A DNA stretch of 64,000 bases from the human T2T-CHM13v2.0 reference genome, Homo sapiens, in assembly GCF_009914755.1 (NCBI RefSeq), contig NC_060947.1; one strand, 5' to 3'. Numbering within the stretch: position 1 is the stretch's first letter; each line of letters begins with the position of its first letter. The notes beneath the pieces were generated by a model, which was not told the origin of the DNA, made no database searches, and saw only the letters and a list, made by a program, of their open reading frames with translations. Shown here one piece after another: positions 15,946-31,096 of this stretch. The translations under genes were made by a program, and so were the position numbers.

Positions 15946-18900
15946 TCCTGTATCACTGACTGATCAATGGGCATTTGGGCTTGCTCTAAATTTTTGCAAT
16001 TGTGAGTTGTGCTATTAGAAACATGCATGTGCAAGTATATTTTTCAAATAATGACTTTTTTTCCCCTGGGTAGATACCCAGTAATGGAATTACTTTTAGT
16101 TCTTTAAGAAATCTCCACATTGTTTTCCATAGCGTTTGTACTAGTTTACATTGTCAACAGTGCCACAGTATTCCCATTTCACCACATCCACGACAACATC
16201 TATTTTTTTTAATTTTTTTAAATTATGGCCATTCTTGGGGGAGTAAGGTGGTATTGCATTGTGGTTTTGCTTTGCAGTTCCCTGATTATTAGTGATGCTG
16301 AGCATTGTTTCATATGTTTCTTGACCATTTGTAAATCTTCTTTTGAGAATTGTCTATTTATATTCCTAACCCACTTTTTTATGGAATTGTTTGTTTGTTT
16401 TTCTTGCTAATTTGTTTGAGTTCTTAGTAGACTCTGGACATTAGTCCTTTGATGGATGTATAGATTGCAAAGATTTACTCCCACTCTGTGGTTTGTCTGT
16501 TTACTCTGCTGATTATCTTTTTTGCTGTGGAAAAGCTTTTTCATGTAATTAAGTCCCATCTATTCATCATTGTTTTGTTGCATTTGCTTTCGGGTTCTTG
16601 GTCATAAAGTTTTTGCCTATACCAATGTCTAAAAGGGTTTTTCTGGTGTTATCTTATGGAATTTTTATGGTTTCAGGTCTTAAAATTAAGTCTTTGATCC
16701 ACCTTGAGTTAATTTTTGTATAAGGTGAGAGATGAGGATCCAATTTTTTTCTTCTACATGTGGTTTGCCAATTATCCCAGCAGTATTTGTTGAATAGGGT
16801 GCCCTTTCCCAACTTCATTGTTGCTGCTTTTTCAAAGTCCAGTTGATCGTATTTGAGTTTATTTCTGGGTTCTCTATTCTGCTCTATTGGTTGATGTGCC
16901 TATTTTTATACCACTACCATGCTGTTTTGGTGACTATGGCCTTATGGTATAATTTGAAGTCAGGTAATGTGATGCCTCCAGATTTGTTCTTTTTGCTTCA
17001 TCTTGTTTTGGCTATGCAGGCTCTTTTTTGGTTCCATATGAATTTTAGGATTATTTTTTTCTAGTTCTGTAAAAAATAATCGTTGTATTTTGATGGGAAT
17101 TGCATTAAATTTGTAGATTGCTTTTGGCAGTACAGTCATTTTCACAATATTGATTCTATGCATCCATGAACATAAGATGTGTTTTCAATTGCTTGTGTCA
17201 TCTGTGGTTTCTTTGAGCAATGTTTTATAGTTTTCTTTGTAGAGGTCTTTCGACTCATTGGTTAGGGATATTCCTAAGTATTATTTTTCCAGCTATTGTA
17301 AAAAGGGTTGAGTTATTGATTTAATTCTCCACTTGGTCGCTGTCAGTGTATAGAAGAGCTACTGATTTGTGTGCATCAATCTTTTGTATTTCTGTGGTAT
17401 CAGTTGTAATGTCTCCTGTTGCATTTCAAATTGAGCTTATTTGGATCATCTCTTGGTTCATCTTGCTATTGGTCTATCAACTTCATTTATCTTTCCACAG
17501 AACCAGCTTTCTGTTTTATTCTTTTTTTTATTTTTATTTTGTTTGTCTCAATTTTATTTAGTTCTGCTCTTATCTTTGTTATGTTTTTTCTTCTGCTGTG
17601 TTTGGGTTTGGTTTGTTCTTGATTCTCTGGTTCCTTGAGGGGCAACCTTACATTGTCTATTTGTGCTCTTCCAGATTTTTTGATGTAGGTATTTAATGCT
17701 ATGAACTTTCCTCTTAGCACTGTCTTTGCTGCATCTCAGAGGTTTTGATAAGTTGTGTCAGTATTATTGTTCAGTTCAGATAACTTTTAAATTTTCATAT
17801 TGATTTCACTGTTGACCCAGTAATTATTCAAGGACAAGTTATTTAATTTCCGTGTATTTGCATGGTTATGAGGGTTCATTCTGGAGTTGATTTCCAATTT
17901 TATTCCACTGTGGTCTGAGAGAGTACTTCATATAATTTTGATTTACTACTGTTTATTGAGACTTTTTTTGTGGCCTATCATATATTCCGTCCTGGAGAAT
18001 ATTTTGTGTGCTGATGAATAGAATGTATATTTTTCAGTTTTGGGGTAGAATGTTCTGTAAATATCTGTTAAGTCCATTTGTTCTAGGGTATAGTTTAAGT
18101 TCATTGTTTCTTGGTTGACTTTCTGTCCTGATGACCTGTCTAGTGCTGTCAGTGAAGTAATGAAGTCCCCCACTATTATTGTGTTGCTGTCTATCTCATA
18201 TCTTAGGTCTAGTAGTAATTGTTTTATAAATTTGGAAGCTCCAGTGTTAGGTGCATATATATTTGGAATTGGGACTTTTTTTATTGGAAAAATTCTTTCA
18301 TTATTATATAATGTTTCTCTTTGTCTTTTTTCACTGTTGTTACTTTAAGGTTTGCTTTGTCAGATATAAGAATAGCTACTCTTGCTCTCTTTTGGTGTCC
18401 ATTTGCATGAAATATATTTTCCACCCCTTTACCTTAATTTTATGTAATTCCTTATTTTTGTATCTTTTAAGTGGAACATTTAGGCTATTTACATTTGAGG
18501 TTAGTTTGAGATGTGAGGTACTATTTTATTCATCATTCTATTTTTTTGTCTGAATACCTTGTTTTTTTTTCATTATGTTATTGTTTTATAAGTCCCGTGA
18601 GATTTCTGCTTTAAGGTGGTTCTATTTTGGTGTATTTTGAAGATTTGTTTCAAGATTTAGAGCTTTTTAAGCAGTTCCTGTATTGCTGGTTTGCTAGTGG
18701 CAAATTCTCTTAGCATTTGTTTGTCTGAAAAAGGCTATCTTTCCTTCATTTATGAAGCTTAGTTTCACTGGATACAAAATTCTTAGCTGATAATTTTTTT
18801 TTTAAGCAGGCTAAAGATAGAATCCCAATCGCTTCTGGCTTATAGGATTTCTGCTGAGAAATCTGCTGTTAATCTGATAGATTTTCCTTTATAGGTTACC

Positions 18901-19361
18901 TGATGCTTTTGCCTCACAACTCCTAAGATTCTTTCCTTTGTCTTGACTTTAGATAATATGAAGACTGTGTGCCTAGGTGATAATCTTTTTGTGATAAATT
19001 TCCCAGGTGTTCTTTGAGTGCCTTGTATTTAAATATCTAGATCTCTAACAAAGCTGGGAAAGTTTTCCTTAATTATTCCCTCAAATATGTTTTCCAGACT
19101 TTTAAATTTCTCTTCTACTTCAGGAACACCAAGTACTCTTAAGTTTGGTCATTTAACATAAATCCCAAACTTCTTAAAAGGTTTGTTCATTAGTTGTTGT
19201 TTTTTATTTGTCTTTATTGGATTGGGTAATTCAAAAGCCTTGTCTTTGAGCTCTGAAGTTCTTTCTTCTACATCTTCAATTCTATTGCTGAGACTTTCCA
19301 GTGTATTTCTCATTTCTCTAAGTGTGTTCTTCATTTCCAGAAGTTGTAATTGTATTTATAG

Positions 19362-19675
<314 letters not shown>

Positions 19676-21017
19676 TCTCTGGAGAATTTTATATCCATAT
19701 CCTGTAACTTTTAAAAAATCCTTAAGTTGGTATTCACCTTTCTCTAGTGCCTTTTTGAGCAGCTTAATAATCAACCTTCTGAATTCTTTTTCTGGCAATA
19801 CAGAGATTTCTTCTTGGTTTGAATCCATTGCTGGTGAGCTAATGTGATCTTTTGGGGGTGTTAAATAACCTTGTTTTGTCATACTATCAGAATTGTTTTC
19901 TGTTTTTTTTTCTAATTTGAGCAGACTATGTCAGAGGGAAGATCTGGTGCTCAAAGACTGCTGATCAGATTATTTTGTCCCACAGGGTGCTCCCATGATG
20001 TGGTGCTCTCCCTCTTCCCCTAGGAATGTGGCTTCCTAAGAGCCGAACTGCAGTGACTGTTATGTATTTTCTGGAACTAGACACCTAGCAGAGCTCCAGA
20101 GCTCCAGGCTGGTACTGGGGAGTGTCTGCAAAAAGTCCTGTGATGTAATCTATCTTTAGTTCTCTCAGCAGTGGATACCAGCACCTGCCCCAGTGGAGGT
20201 AATGGGGAGTGAGGTGGACCCTGTGAGGTTCCTTGGTTGTATTTTTGTTTAGTGTGCTAGTTCTGTGTTGGTTTGACTCCAGCCAGGTGGTGGTGCTCTC
20301 AAGACAGCATTAGCTGTGGTAGTAAAGGGAGGATTAAATCTTGCCCTAGGGTCACCTGGATAAGTATTCTGATTTCTCAGGTGGTGGGTGGAGCCACAGA
20401 GATCACAAGAGTTTATGCCCTTTGTCTTCGACTACCAGGGCAGGTAGAGAAAGACCTGGGCAGGGTTAGGTGTGTCTGAGTTCAGATACTCCTTGAGTGC
20501 AAGACTCTCTTTGCTGCAGCTGCTGTGGAGGATGGGGATGTGGTTCTCAAGCCAATGGAGTTATCTTCCTGAGGGGATTATGGCTGCCCCTACAGTGTCA
20601 TGCAGGTTGCCAGGGAAGTGGGGAAAATCCAGCAGTTACAGGCCTCACCCAACTCCTACATAGCCCATCTCCTACTGTGCCCCCCACTCCAACAGCACTG
20701 AGTTTATTTCCAGGCAGTGGGTGAGCAGAGCTGAAAACTTGCCCCATGCTACAAGCCTCCCCACTGAGAAAGCAGGCAAGGCTTTCAGGTTTGATGCCTC
20801 CTCACCTGCCATGGCTTCTGTGCTCATGTCTGCACTTCTAGTTTTCCCCCTCCCCCAGTTTCTGTCGAGGAAACTTCACATTCAGTTGAAACTATTACAA
20901 AGTTCAGCTGGAGGTTTTCTTTTCCCTGTGGTATTGCCCCAATTTCATTGGCAGCCCTCCTCACGGACCCCTGTGAGACAAATTCAGAAATGGCTGCTTC
21001 CTCTAGCACTGTATTTT

Positions 21018-21023
<6 letters not shown>

Positions 21024-21048
<25 letters not shown>

Positions 21049-22719
21049 TCCGTGCTCAAATTTCATTTATTGGCTAAAGGCTGGGGAAATACAGACATTA
21101 AACCGACATACATACATGAAGACGTTGTTTCAGAAAATAAGTGCAATGAAGAAAACAAAACAGGATGACGTGATAGAAAGTGCCTGGAGGGCTACTTTGG
21201 TCAGTCAATTTATTTACTCATTTGCTTAATCCTATAACACATCCAAAATAGTTTGGAATTAATTCACCAATGCTACTACCAGTAACAAACCTACTAAATA
21301 AACTTCAAGATTTTTTTCCACCCAGTTCTGATTTGAAAAATTTTCAATCCTAAGGAAAAGTTGCAAGAATAACACAGTGATCACTTACATATGGTTTACC
21401 AATTGCTAACACTTTATCACATTTACTTAATATCTATAACTCCATCTATTTATCTGCATATCTATCTCTTTATTTTTCACTGAGCCACTTGAACGTTTGT
21501 TGCAGACATCATGACATGTCACACATAAGTATTTCAGCATGTATCTCATAAAGAGCAAGGACATTCTCCTTCATACACAATGGTCACACTTATGAAAATT
21601 AACAATGATACATTAATATTATCTAGAATACAATGCATATTTGAATTTCTCAAATTGTCCAAATGATGCTCTATATAGCTTTTTTTTTTTGTAAATATAA
21701 GGTCAAATCATAGATTGCATTTAGTTCTATCTCTTTAGGCTCCTTTAATCTAGATTAACCCCAGCTTTCATTTGTCTTTCATGACATTGACACTTTTGAA
21801 GAGTACAGACCAGTTGACTTTAGACTGGAATTAAATTTCAATTTGGGTTTGCCTGATTGTTTGAGATTGGATTGTCATGGAAGGCTTCTCTGAAGAGGCA
21901 ACTTTCAGTTGAGTCTTGTGAACAGAAGGAGGCAGCTGTGAAAATATCTGGGGAAAGGGATTCCAGGCAGAGGGAATGGCAAGTACAAACTCCTGGAGAT
22001 GGAGACAAGCTTGTGTTTGGGGATAAAAAGCAGGCCAGAGTGACTGGAGCCTAGAGATCAAGGGGGAGAGTCGTATGAAATGAAATAAGATAGGTGGGAT
22101 TCAGATCATGATGAAGCATGTAAGTCATGGGAAAGAGAAGATTTTGTTCTAATTGCAATGGTAAGCCACTAAGGGTTTTATGTAATTTGGTGACATGATC
22201 TGATTTAAATTTGCTTTTAAAAATAGTTTTTACACTGCATGTTCTCATTCATAAGTGGGAGGTGAACAATGAGAACACATGAACACAGGGAGGGTAACAA
22301 CACACACTGGGACCTGGGGTTGGGCGGGGGAGGGAGAGCATCAGAATAAATAACTAATGCATTTGAGGCTTAATACCTAGGTGATAGGTTGATCTGTGCA
22401 GCAAACCACCATGGCGCACGTCTACCTATGCAACAAACCTTTATAAGCATGCTATTTAGCTAAAGGAGCTCCAAGTAGTTCCCCCTAGGGAGTAGATAAT
22501 GGGAGAGGGGGGCAGGCTGACAGCTGTGACAAGTACCTATTTGTTTCTTTAAACTGCATACAAAGCAAAATTCTTTAGAAAATAAAAACTATTTTTATTT
22601 TTTAATTTTTTATTATTTTTTTATTTTTCCTTCTCAACTTTATTGTATTTATTTCGAGTTCCAGGATACGTGTGCAGGACATGCAGATTTGTAGCATAGG
22701 TAGACATATGCCACGGTGG
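21024..22719 (-). other. Polyadenylated retrotransposed segment (L1 3' transduction or retrocopy) containing L2, L1MC/ME and L1PA fragments
   Basis: T26 at 21024-21049; minus-strand AATAAA at 21066-21071; TSD tttgtttag at 21015-21023 and 22720-22728; ~120-bp reverse L1PA 3' end at ~22600-22719. Confidence 0.85.
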
Positions 22720-24770
22720 TTTGTTTAGGTCTTTAGATTCATCGCAGCTCTAGGTAAGGTCAAATCCTTCTCCTGTGATCTGGACCTTCAGGTTCCCCAA
22801 TGAAGATGTGTGTTTGGGGGTGGACAATCCCACTTTCATACTTTCACACTTTGGGAACTCAGAGTTGTTTTTATTTTTTTTCTGTTTCCCAGAGCCTGGT
22901 TGGAAAAACCTAGAGACTGCACAAGCAATCTATTAGAACTGATGTGTAAGTTCAGTAAACTTGTTTTAGGAAACAAAATCTACATACAAAAATATGTAGC
23001 ATTTCTGTATGCCAACAGTGAACAATCCAAACAAGAAATCAAAAAGCAATCCCATTTACAATAGCTACACATAAAATTAAATATCTAGTAATTACCTTAA
23101 CCAAATAAATTAAAGATTCTTGTAATGAAAACTGTAAAACACTGATGAAAGAAACTGAGAAGGACACAAATAAATGGAAAGATACTCCATGTTCCTAGAT
23201 TAGAAAAATCGATATTGTTAAAATGTCCGTACTACTCAAAGCAATCTACAGATTCAATGCAATCCTTATCAAAATATCAGTGACATTCTTCACAGAAATA
23301 AAATAAAACAGTTCTAAAAATTATATGTAATCACAAAAGACCCAGAATGGCCAAAGCTATCCTTGGCAAAAAGAACAAAACTGAAAGAATCACTTTATCT
23401 GACTTCAAATTATATTACAGAGCTGTAGTAACCAAAACCAGCAAGACAGTGACATAAGAATAGACACATAGATGAATAAAACAGAATAGAGAACCCAGAA
23501 ACAAATGAATACACCTACGGTGAACTCATTTTCAAAAAAGGTGCCAACAACGTACACTGGGGAAAACACAGTCTTCTCAATAAATGGTGCTAGGAAAACT
23601 GTACATCCATACAGAGAAGCATGAAATGAGACCACTATCTCTTACCATATAAAAAAATCAAATCAAAATGGATTAAATACTTAAATCTAAGGTGCAAACT
23701 ATGAAACTGCTACAAGAAAACATTGGGAAAACTCTCCAGGACATTGATTGGTCTGGACAAAAATTTCTCAAGTATAGGCAACCAAAGCAAAAATGGACAA
23801 ATGGGATCACCTCAACTCAAAAAGCTTCTGGGCAGCAAAGAAAACAATCCAAAAAGTGAAGAAACAACCCAAAAAAATGTGAGAAAATGTTTGTAAACTA
23901 CTCATCTGATAATGGATTAATAAACAGAATATATAAAAATCTCAAACTACTCTGTGGAAATAAATCTATTAATCTGATCAAAAAATGAGCAAGTAATGTG
24001 AATAGATATTTCTCAAAAGAAGACATACAAATAGCAAATAGGCACATGAAAAGGGGCTTAGCATCACTGATTATAAGAGAAATGCAAATAGAAACTACAA
24101 TGAGATATTATCTCATCCCAGTGAAAATGGCTTTATCCAAAAGCCAGGCAATAACAAATTCTGATGAGGATTTAGAGAAAATGGAACGCTTGGTGGGTAT
24201 ATAAATTAGTACAGCCACTATGGAGAACACTTTGGAGGTTCCAAAAACAAAAAAAATAGAGCTACCATGTGATTCAGCAAGCCCACTGCTCAGTATATAT
24301 CCATAATAAAGGACATCACTATATCAAAGAGATATCTGCACTCCTGTGTTTGTTGCAGCACTGTTCACAATAGCCAAGATTTGAAAGCAACATAAGTGCC
24401 CTTCAGCAGTTGAATGGATAAAGCAAATGTGGAACACATACACAATGGAGTACTATTCATCCTTAAAAAAGACTAAGATCCTCTTGTTTGCAACAACATG
24501 GATGGAACTGAAGGTTCTTATGTTAAGTGAAATAAGCCAGGCACAGAAAGACAAACATCACAGGTTCTCACTTATTTGTGAGATCTAAAAATCAAAACAA
24601 TTTAACCCTTGGAGATAGAGAATGCAAGAATAGTTACCATAGACTGAGAAGGGTAGTGGGGGGTTCCAGAGGGAGGAGGGGATGGTTGATGGACATAAAA
24701 AACTAGTTGGAAACAATGAATAAAGCCTAGTATTTGGTAGCATGACAGGGTGGCTATAATTATAATTTAA

Positions 24771-25085
<315 letters not shown>

Positions 25086-25829
25086 TAATTGTATATTTTA
25101 ATATAACCCAAAATGTATTACTAGATTGTAACACAAAGGATAAAAGCTTGGGAGGATAGAGAAGCCATTTTAGTGATGTGATTAGTATGCATTACATGCC
25201 TGTATCAACATATCCCTTGTGTCCCACAAATAAATACACCTATGACTCCACAAAAATTAAAAATTAAAAAAATTATTATTTACATAATTCAACAGAGTCC
25301 CCAAGGTAAGTAATTTTCCAACTTCTGGACTCTGTAAATGTGAAGTACATTTTACATCTGACCTTTACATTTTACACACACACATAGAACTGAAACAGAA
25401 ATTTATACTTACCTATTTCCTATCTGCTGTATTCTGATATTTCATTTTATTTCATTCTATTGTATTAAAATACTGATCTTGAGCCAGACAGTTATTTTAA
25501 GCCTACGATTGGGCTGCAAACCACAAAGCTCTGGCTTTATGGTCTGCTGGTGGCAACTGGATAGAGTAGGCTCTGAATTCTTCATCTCACTTTGATCAGA
25601 ACTGTTTTTCTTTTAGACTTCAGGGTTCCAGGTAAGGTATTGTTTAAACACCAAGTACCAATAGTAAAAGAGAAAAAATATCACTAGATTTCAACCCCCT
25701 TGAAAGCTGCTGAAGGCCAGGGACTTAGAGTCAGTCTTCACCACTTTCTAATTGACTAAATCCTGCTTATTTGTTTTGTACCTTGTGCTTTTTGTAAGGT
25801 ATATGTATGTTTTTTCTTCCTTGACCCTA

Positions 25830-25970
25830 AGGTTACAGCAACCCATTTAAGTAGATATTATCATTTTCAACTTTTAGATGAGGAAAATGATGTTTGGAAT
25901 GTTGAAATGACTTTTCCAAGGTCACACAGCAAAACTAGTACTGGAGTCCAGAATTCCTAACCCACATTTT
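25830..25970 (-). mobile_element. MIR
   Basis: ttttagatgaggaaaatga...gaaatgacttttccaaggtcacacagc. Confidence 0.7.
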
Positions 25971-25999
25971 GCTACGGTGCATATTTACATAACTGTAGC

Positions 26000-26250
26000 T
26001 TGTGATATAAAGTGTATGGGCTTTAAAAGTAATTTAAATTATGTTTAAATCCTGTTTTAGGTTTCTACCTGGGGGAACTTGGAAATATCACCTTATCTAA
26101 CTGAATCTCAGTTTGCACATCTATAAAATAGTTAATAATATTTACTCCACATGAATTTTTGTGGATATTAATGTGGCAATGTATGTAAAGCATCTAGCAC
26201 ATAATTAGACTATAGTAAGTGCTTAATGATTTTCAACAGATATTAATTTA
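26000..26250 (+). mobile_element. MIR
   Basis: ctgaatctcagtttgcacatctataaaata...gtatgtaaagcatctagcaca...tagtaagtgcttaat. Confidence 0.7.
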
Positions 26251-26639
26251 TTAGCGCTTTTGCCAATATATGACATATAAATTATGCCCAAACTGAAATG
26301 AGAGTGGAAGGAAGCTCAGGTGATACGATCCATAGAAGTAAAATTCCCAGGATGCAGAGCAAGGTAGAGGAGGGCAGAGTAGACATAGGAGAACCAATGG
26401 AGAATAATCAGCACAACTTGGGTGCATGCCCTTTCTTTCCTGAAACTTCTGATCTATTTCCCTAAAGGTCTGAAAATAGTGGAGAGCACACACTGTACAA
26501 ATAAAAAAGATGATTGCAAGAACAGAGGCTTTGAAGACTTCAACTGTTCTTGCCTCATGGTATTAATCTTCAATCTATTATTCAAACCTGAGTTTTTGTT
26601 CAATCTTAATGGAATCCACAGCTCTGTCTCACAAACCCA

Positions 26640-27765
26640 CCAATTTATCTCCGTTCTCTGAAAATTGCCTGGTCAAATCCACCAACATTACCACTGCCTC
26701 CTATTGATCAACCTGCTTCCAGTCTCCCTCCAATGCAACCTTCATCTTGTTACCAGGGAGAACTATAAAAATGTTAATTCATTCTAATTCAATTAAGTAT
26801 TTAACACTCTCAGTGGCTCCTCTTACTCACAGTAAAGTCCAAATACTTATCGTCTATTAAAGACATGCACTCTTGAACCAACCTCCTTAGTTCAGATTCT
26901 AGCTTCACCACTCTTTAGCTGTGAGACCTCTAGTAAATTACTTATCCACTCTGAGCCTTAATTTTCTTATTTGTAAAATGGAAGCAATGACCGTATCTAT
27001 CTCAAAGGGTTGTTATGAAAACTAAATGAACTGATATGTAGATATTAGCTACTAATTTTTTGTATTCTTAGTCCATGCTTCAGCCAAGTTAAACTGCTTT
27101 ATGTTTCAAATACATACTCCATTTTCTTCCTTGATTTTGTTAATGTTGTTTTCTCTGCCTGGAATGTTCTTTCCTATATTTACATGTGTCAAAACCCTAC
27201 TCACCCATTAAAACCCAACTCGGCCACACGTGGTGGCTCATGCCTGTAATCTCAGCACTTTGGGAGGCTGAGGTGGGTGGATCATGAGTTCAGGAGTTCA
27301 AGACCAAGATGAACCAAGATGGTGAAACCACGTCTGTACTAAAATTACAAAAATTAGCCAAGCTTGGTGGCACATGCCTGTAATCCCAGCTACTCAGGAG
27401 GCTGAAGCAGAGAATTGCTTAAACCTGGGAGGCAGAGGTTGCAGTGAGACAAGATCACGCCCCTGCACTACAGCCTGGGTGACAGAGTGAGACTCCATAA
27501 AAAAACAAACAAAACAAACAAACAAAAAAAGCCAACTCAAATGACATCTCCACTCAAAAGACTTTTCTGACCACCGATGTCTGTGTTATCGCTTACTTCT
27601 CTATAATATCATTGTCGTGTCCACGTTTTATATTTTCTGATAGATTATGAGTACCAAGGGCCAGAAGTTGTGTCTGGTTTGTGTCTGTGTTTCACATAAC
27701 ACAACATAATGTTGGCATAGAGTTAGATTTTCAGTGAATTCTTGTTGAATATATGAAGGGTTGAA
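26640..27765 (+). mobile_element. L2, interrupted by a MIR (~26860-27060) and an Alu
   Basis: cagtggctcc...aaagtccaaatac...tctctgcctggaatgttctt...ctcaaatgacatctcc...tgttgaatatatgaa. Confidence 0.7.
27222..27530 (+). mobile_element. AluS (Sg-like)
   Basis: Full dimer with A/CAAA tail; TSD aaaacccaactc / aaaagccaactc. Confidence 0.92.
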
Positions 27766-27984
27766 TGAATAAGTTATATGTTTTATTTGACTCTGCCCAT
27801 CTAGGCAGCAGTAGTTATATTAATAAGCCAAACTCTGGTGTTGGCCGCCTTCAGGCCCAATGGCACTGTGCCCCTGACCCCAACTTAAACCTAGCTCTTG
27901 CAAGCAGTAGGTCTCTTTTAGTACTCAACTACCACAGACAGTCTTTCTGTGCTTCCACTAACTCCTTGCATGCCTTTATTCTAT

Positions 27985-28240
27985 AGCATAGGAGACAAGA
28001 GCATGGGCTTTGGAGCCAAAGTGCTAGGATTTACCAGCTTTTACCTATGACCTTGGGCAAGTTACTCACCACTTTTATGCCTCTTATTTTTTTCTCATCC
28101 GTAAAATTAGGATGATAATAATAATAGTGTCTGTTGCATGGGATTGATATAAGGATAAAATAATATGACCTACCTAAAGTTCTCAGAACACCACTAGGCA
28201 CATGATAGATCTCAATAAATATTAGCCACTGTTACTATTA
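27985..28240 (+). mobile_element. MIR, near full length
   Basis: aagagcatgggctttggagcca...tgaccttgggcaagttactc...ctcaataaatattagc. Confidence 0.85.
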
Positions 28241-30226
28241 TCTTCTTTAACTTACTTTCTTCAGCTTCCTGTATTCCATATGCCAACTTTCTAGCTGGTG
28301 CTTCTCCTAGGCCCTCAGCCAATGTGCCCTTTATTATTAGCCAATACAAGACTGGCCAATTAATCCAAGTGCAGGAAATGAAGAAATCTGTTACTTCCTA
28401 TGAACTTCAGAGATGGGATGGGCTAGGGTGCTGAGCAGATACAGCCCTCAATTCAAAAAAAAATTCTCCCAAGATTTATGAGCTGCAGCTATTTTATTGA
28501 CAAAATAACATTTATTTGGCTCTCACAAGGTTCTCATTCACAAATATTTCAAACCTACAAGAGTGCTGATCTAAAAGAAAGAAGGCCTGATTCTAGTCCT
28601 GACACTGACACTGATTCCCAGAATAAACTTGAACAAAGCATTTTTATAACTTTGGCTTCATATCTTTTATACAACAAGGGCACTGATTCGATGGTCTCTA
28701 AAGGCCTCTATCTTTGGGAGATTGTGATTCTGTGAGTCTGCTCCTCCCACACAGGGATGCTGGAGAAGCAATAGAGATTTCTCTTTATCATCCAGAAAGA
28801 GTTTATCCTTCTCACAATACCAAGGCATAATATTTGATTCCCTAGTAGGTCAGGTGTAGTACTCAACAAGAAAGAATTCAGTCTTTAGAGTAAGACCTAT
28901 GAAGGAAACAAAAAGTAAGATTCTTTCTGGAAGAAATTGAGCAAATGCCTATGGAACCTGTCACAGTTTATTTGGGCTATTAAAACAAAATACCATAGAC
29001 TAGATGATTTTAAACCACAAAAATTTATTTATTGCAGCTCTGCTGGCTGGTAAGTCCAAGATAAGAGCACCAGAAGATGTGATGCCTGGTGAGGGCCCAC
29101 TTGGTTGTCTTTTTACTGTGTCCTCCCATAGTGTGTGAGGTGAGCTAGCTCTCTGGAGTTTCTTTTTATATGGACACTAATTCAAATCATGAGAGCTCAT
29201 GATTTTTATATGGACACTAACCCAAATCATGAGAGCTCAAAACATTTTAACTACAGAATTCCAGTTCTAGACCTCCAAACTTTATGTTTTTATCATAGGC
29301 AAAATACATTAATTCCAATCCAATAACTCCAAAAGTGTTAACTCATTTCAGCATCAACTCAAAAGTCTAAAGTTTAAGGTTTCATCTAAATATTATCTAA
29401 ATCAGATACGTGTGAGATTCAAGGCATGATTTGTATTGAGGCAAATGTTCCTCCAGATGTTAGCCTGTGGAATCAAACAAAATATGTGCTTTCAAAATAC
29501 AGTGGTAGAGAAGGCACAGGACAGACATTCCATTCCAAAAATGAGAACTGGAAAAGAAGGAAGCAGTGAAAGGTGCCAAATGAGTCCAAAATTCAGCATG
29601 GCAAGTAATATTAAATCTTAAGGCTCAAGAATAGTCTTCATTGACTCAATGTGCTGCCCTCCATGCCCACAAGGGTGGGCGTTCCACCTTTTAGACACAC
29701 TGGAGTGAAGGTCCCACATCTACAGATTTGGGCGGCCTTACCCACTTGGCTTTACTAGATGCAGTCCATGTTACAGCTCTTGCAGGTTTGAGTCTCATGC
29801 CTGTGGCTCTCTCAATCTGGAATCAAACGGCACTGACTATACTAGTCTGGAGTCTTGGGGGCAGCCCCACTCCATGGCTCCACTGGGCCTTACCCTGGTG
29901 TGGGTTCTCTCTGGTGGCCTCAACTCCACAATGGTTTCCTACAGGAGCTCCACAGCTCTCTGGGGGCATCCTTTAAAATCTATGTGGAGGCAGCCATGAC
30001 CACAGCTTTGCCGGGCACAGTGCATGCTGCTCTGAGGCCTGTCAGAACTGCACCTAAGGCAGCTGGGGAGCACAGTGATGGTGTATGAAGTGTGAAGTCC
30101 ATGATTTGAGGTAGAGCCAGGCATCAGTGGCCTCTCCTTTAAAATTGGTCTACCTTCCACCCAGGCTCTTGAAGTCTGGATCTGTGATGGGAAAGGCAGT
30201 CCCAATGATCTTTGAAATATTTTTAG

Positions 30227-30511
30227 GGCCGAATGTGGTGGCTCATGACTGTAATCTCAGCATTTTGGGAGGCTGAGGTAGGTGGATCATTAGAACCCAT
30301 GAGTTCAAGAGCAGCCTGGACAACATGGTAAAACCCCATCCCTACAAAAATACAAAAATTGGCTGGATGTGGTGGTGTGTGCCTGTAGTTCTAGCTACTC
30401 AGAAGAATGAGGTGGGAGGATTGATTGAGCCTGGAGGTTGAGTCTGCAGTGAGCCATGATTGTTCCACTGCATACCAGCCTAAGCAACAGAGTGAGACCT
30501 TTTCAAAAAAA
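30227..30511 (+). mobile_element. AluJ (Jb-like) inside the MaLR internal region
   Basis: gaggtgggaggattgattgagcc...gaggttgagtctgcagtgagccatgatt are J-type positions. Confidence 0.88.
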
Positions 30512-30697
30512 CCTTTAGGATTATTCTTCCTTTGTCTTTGACTATAGGTTCTGCCTTTTCTTTAGGTGGCTGACTAATCTCCCCATTGTCTTAATGAATA
30601 GCTTCTAACTTCCGTTGAGATGGCTGATCCATACTAATCTCATTATCAAATTTGGCCACATACTTAATGTTCTCTCCCAAACAGAATTTCTAACAGA

Positions 30698-30762
30698 CTA
30701 TATATCTATATATATAGATATATATTATAATATATATTATATATTGTATATATATTATAATC
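30698..30762 (+). repeat. Degenerate (TA)n tract
   Basis: Directly visible. Confidence 0.85.
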
Positions 30763-31096
30763 TGGATAGGCTACACATTTTTCAAAATTTTAATTTCTGC
30801 TTTCCTTCTGCTCAACATTTCCATCTTTAAGTCATTTTTATCTTCTCACATTTTGCTATAAGCAGTTGAGGAAGACCAGGCTACTCCTTCATCATTTTGT
30901 TAGATATATCCTCAGCCAAATATCCAATTTCATTGCTCACAAGTTCTACCTCCTGCAAAATACTAGAACATAAACATAATTCAGACACATTCTTTACCAT
31001 TTCCACAATTGTTCAATAACTTGTAACTCGTTTCCATCTGAGACCTCTTCAGAATAGCCTTTACCATCAATATTTTTGCCAACATTCATTAACACC

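Noticed and set aside
25300-25640. Donor-like AAG|GTAAGT (~25303) and CAG|GTAAGG (~25629) motifs, and a possible hAT relic at 25310-25530
   Set aside because: No supporting acceptor or ORF; the repeat family could not be assigned confidently.
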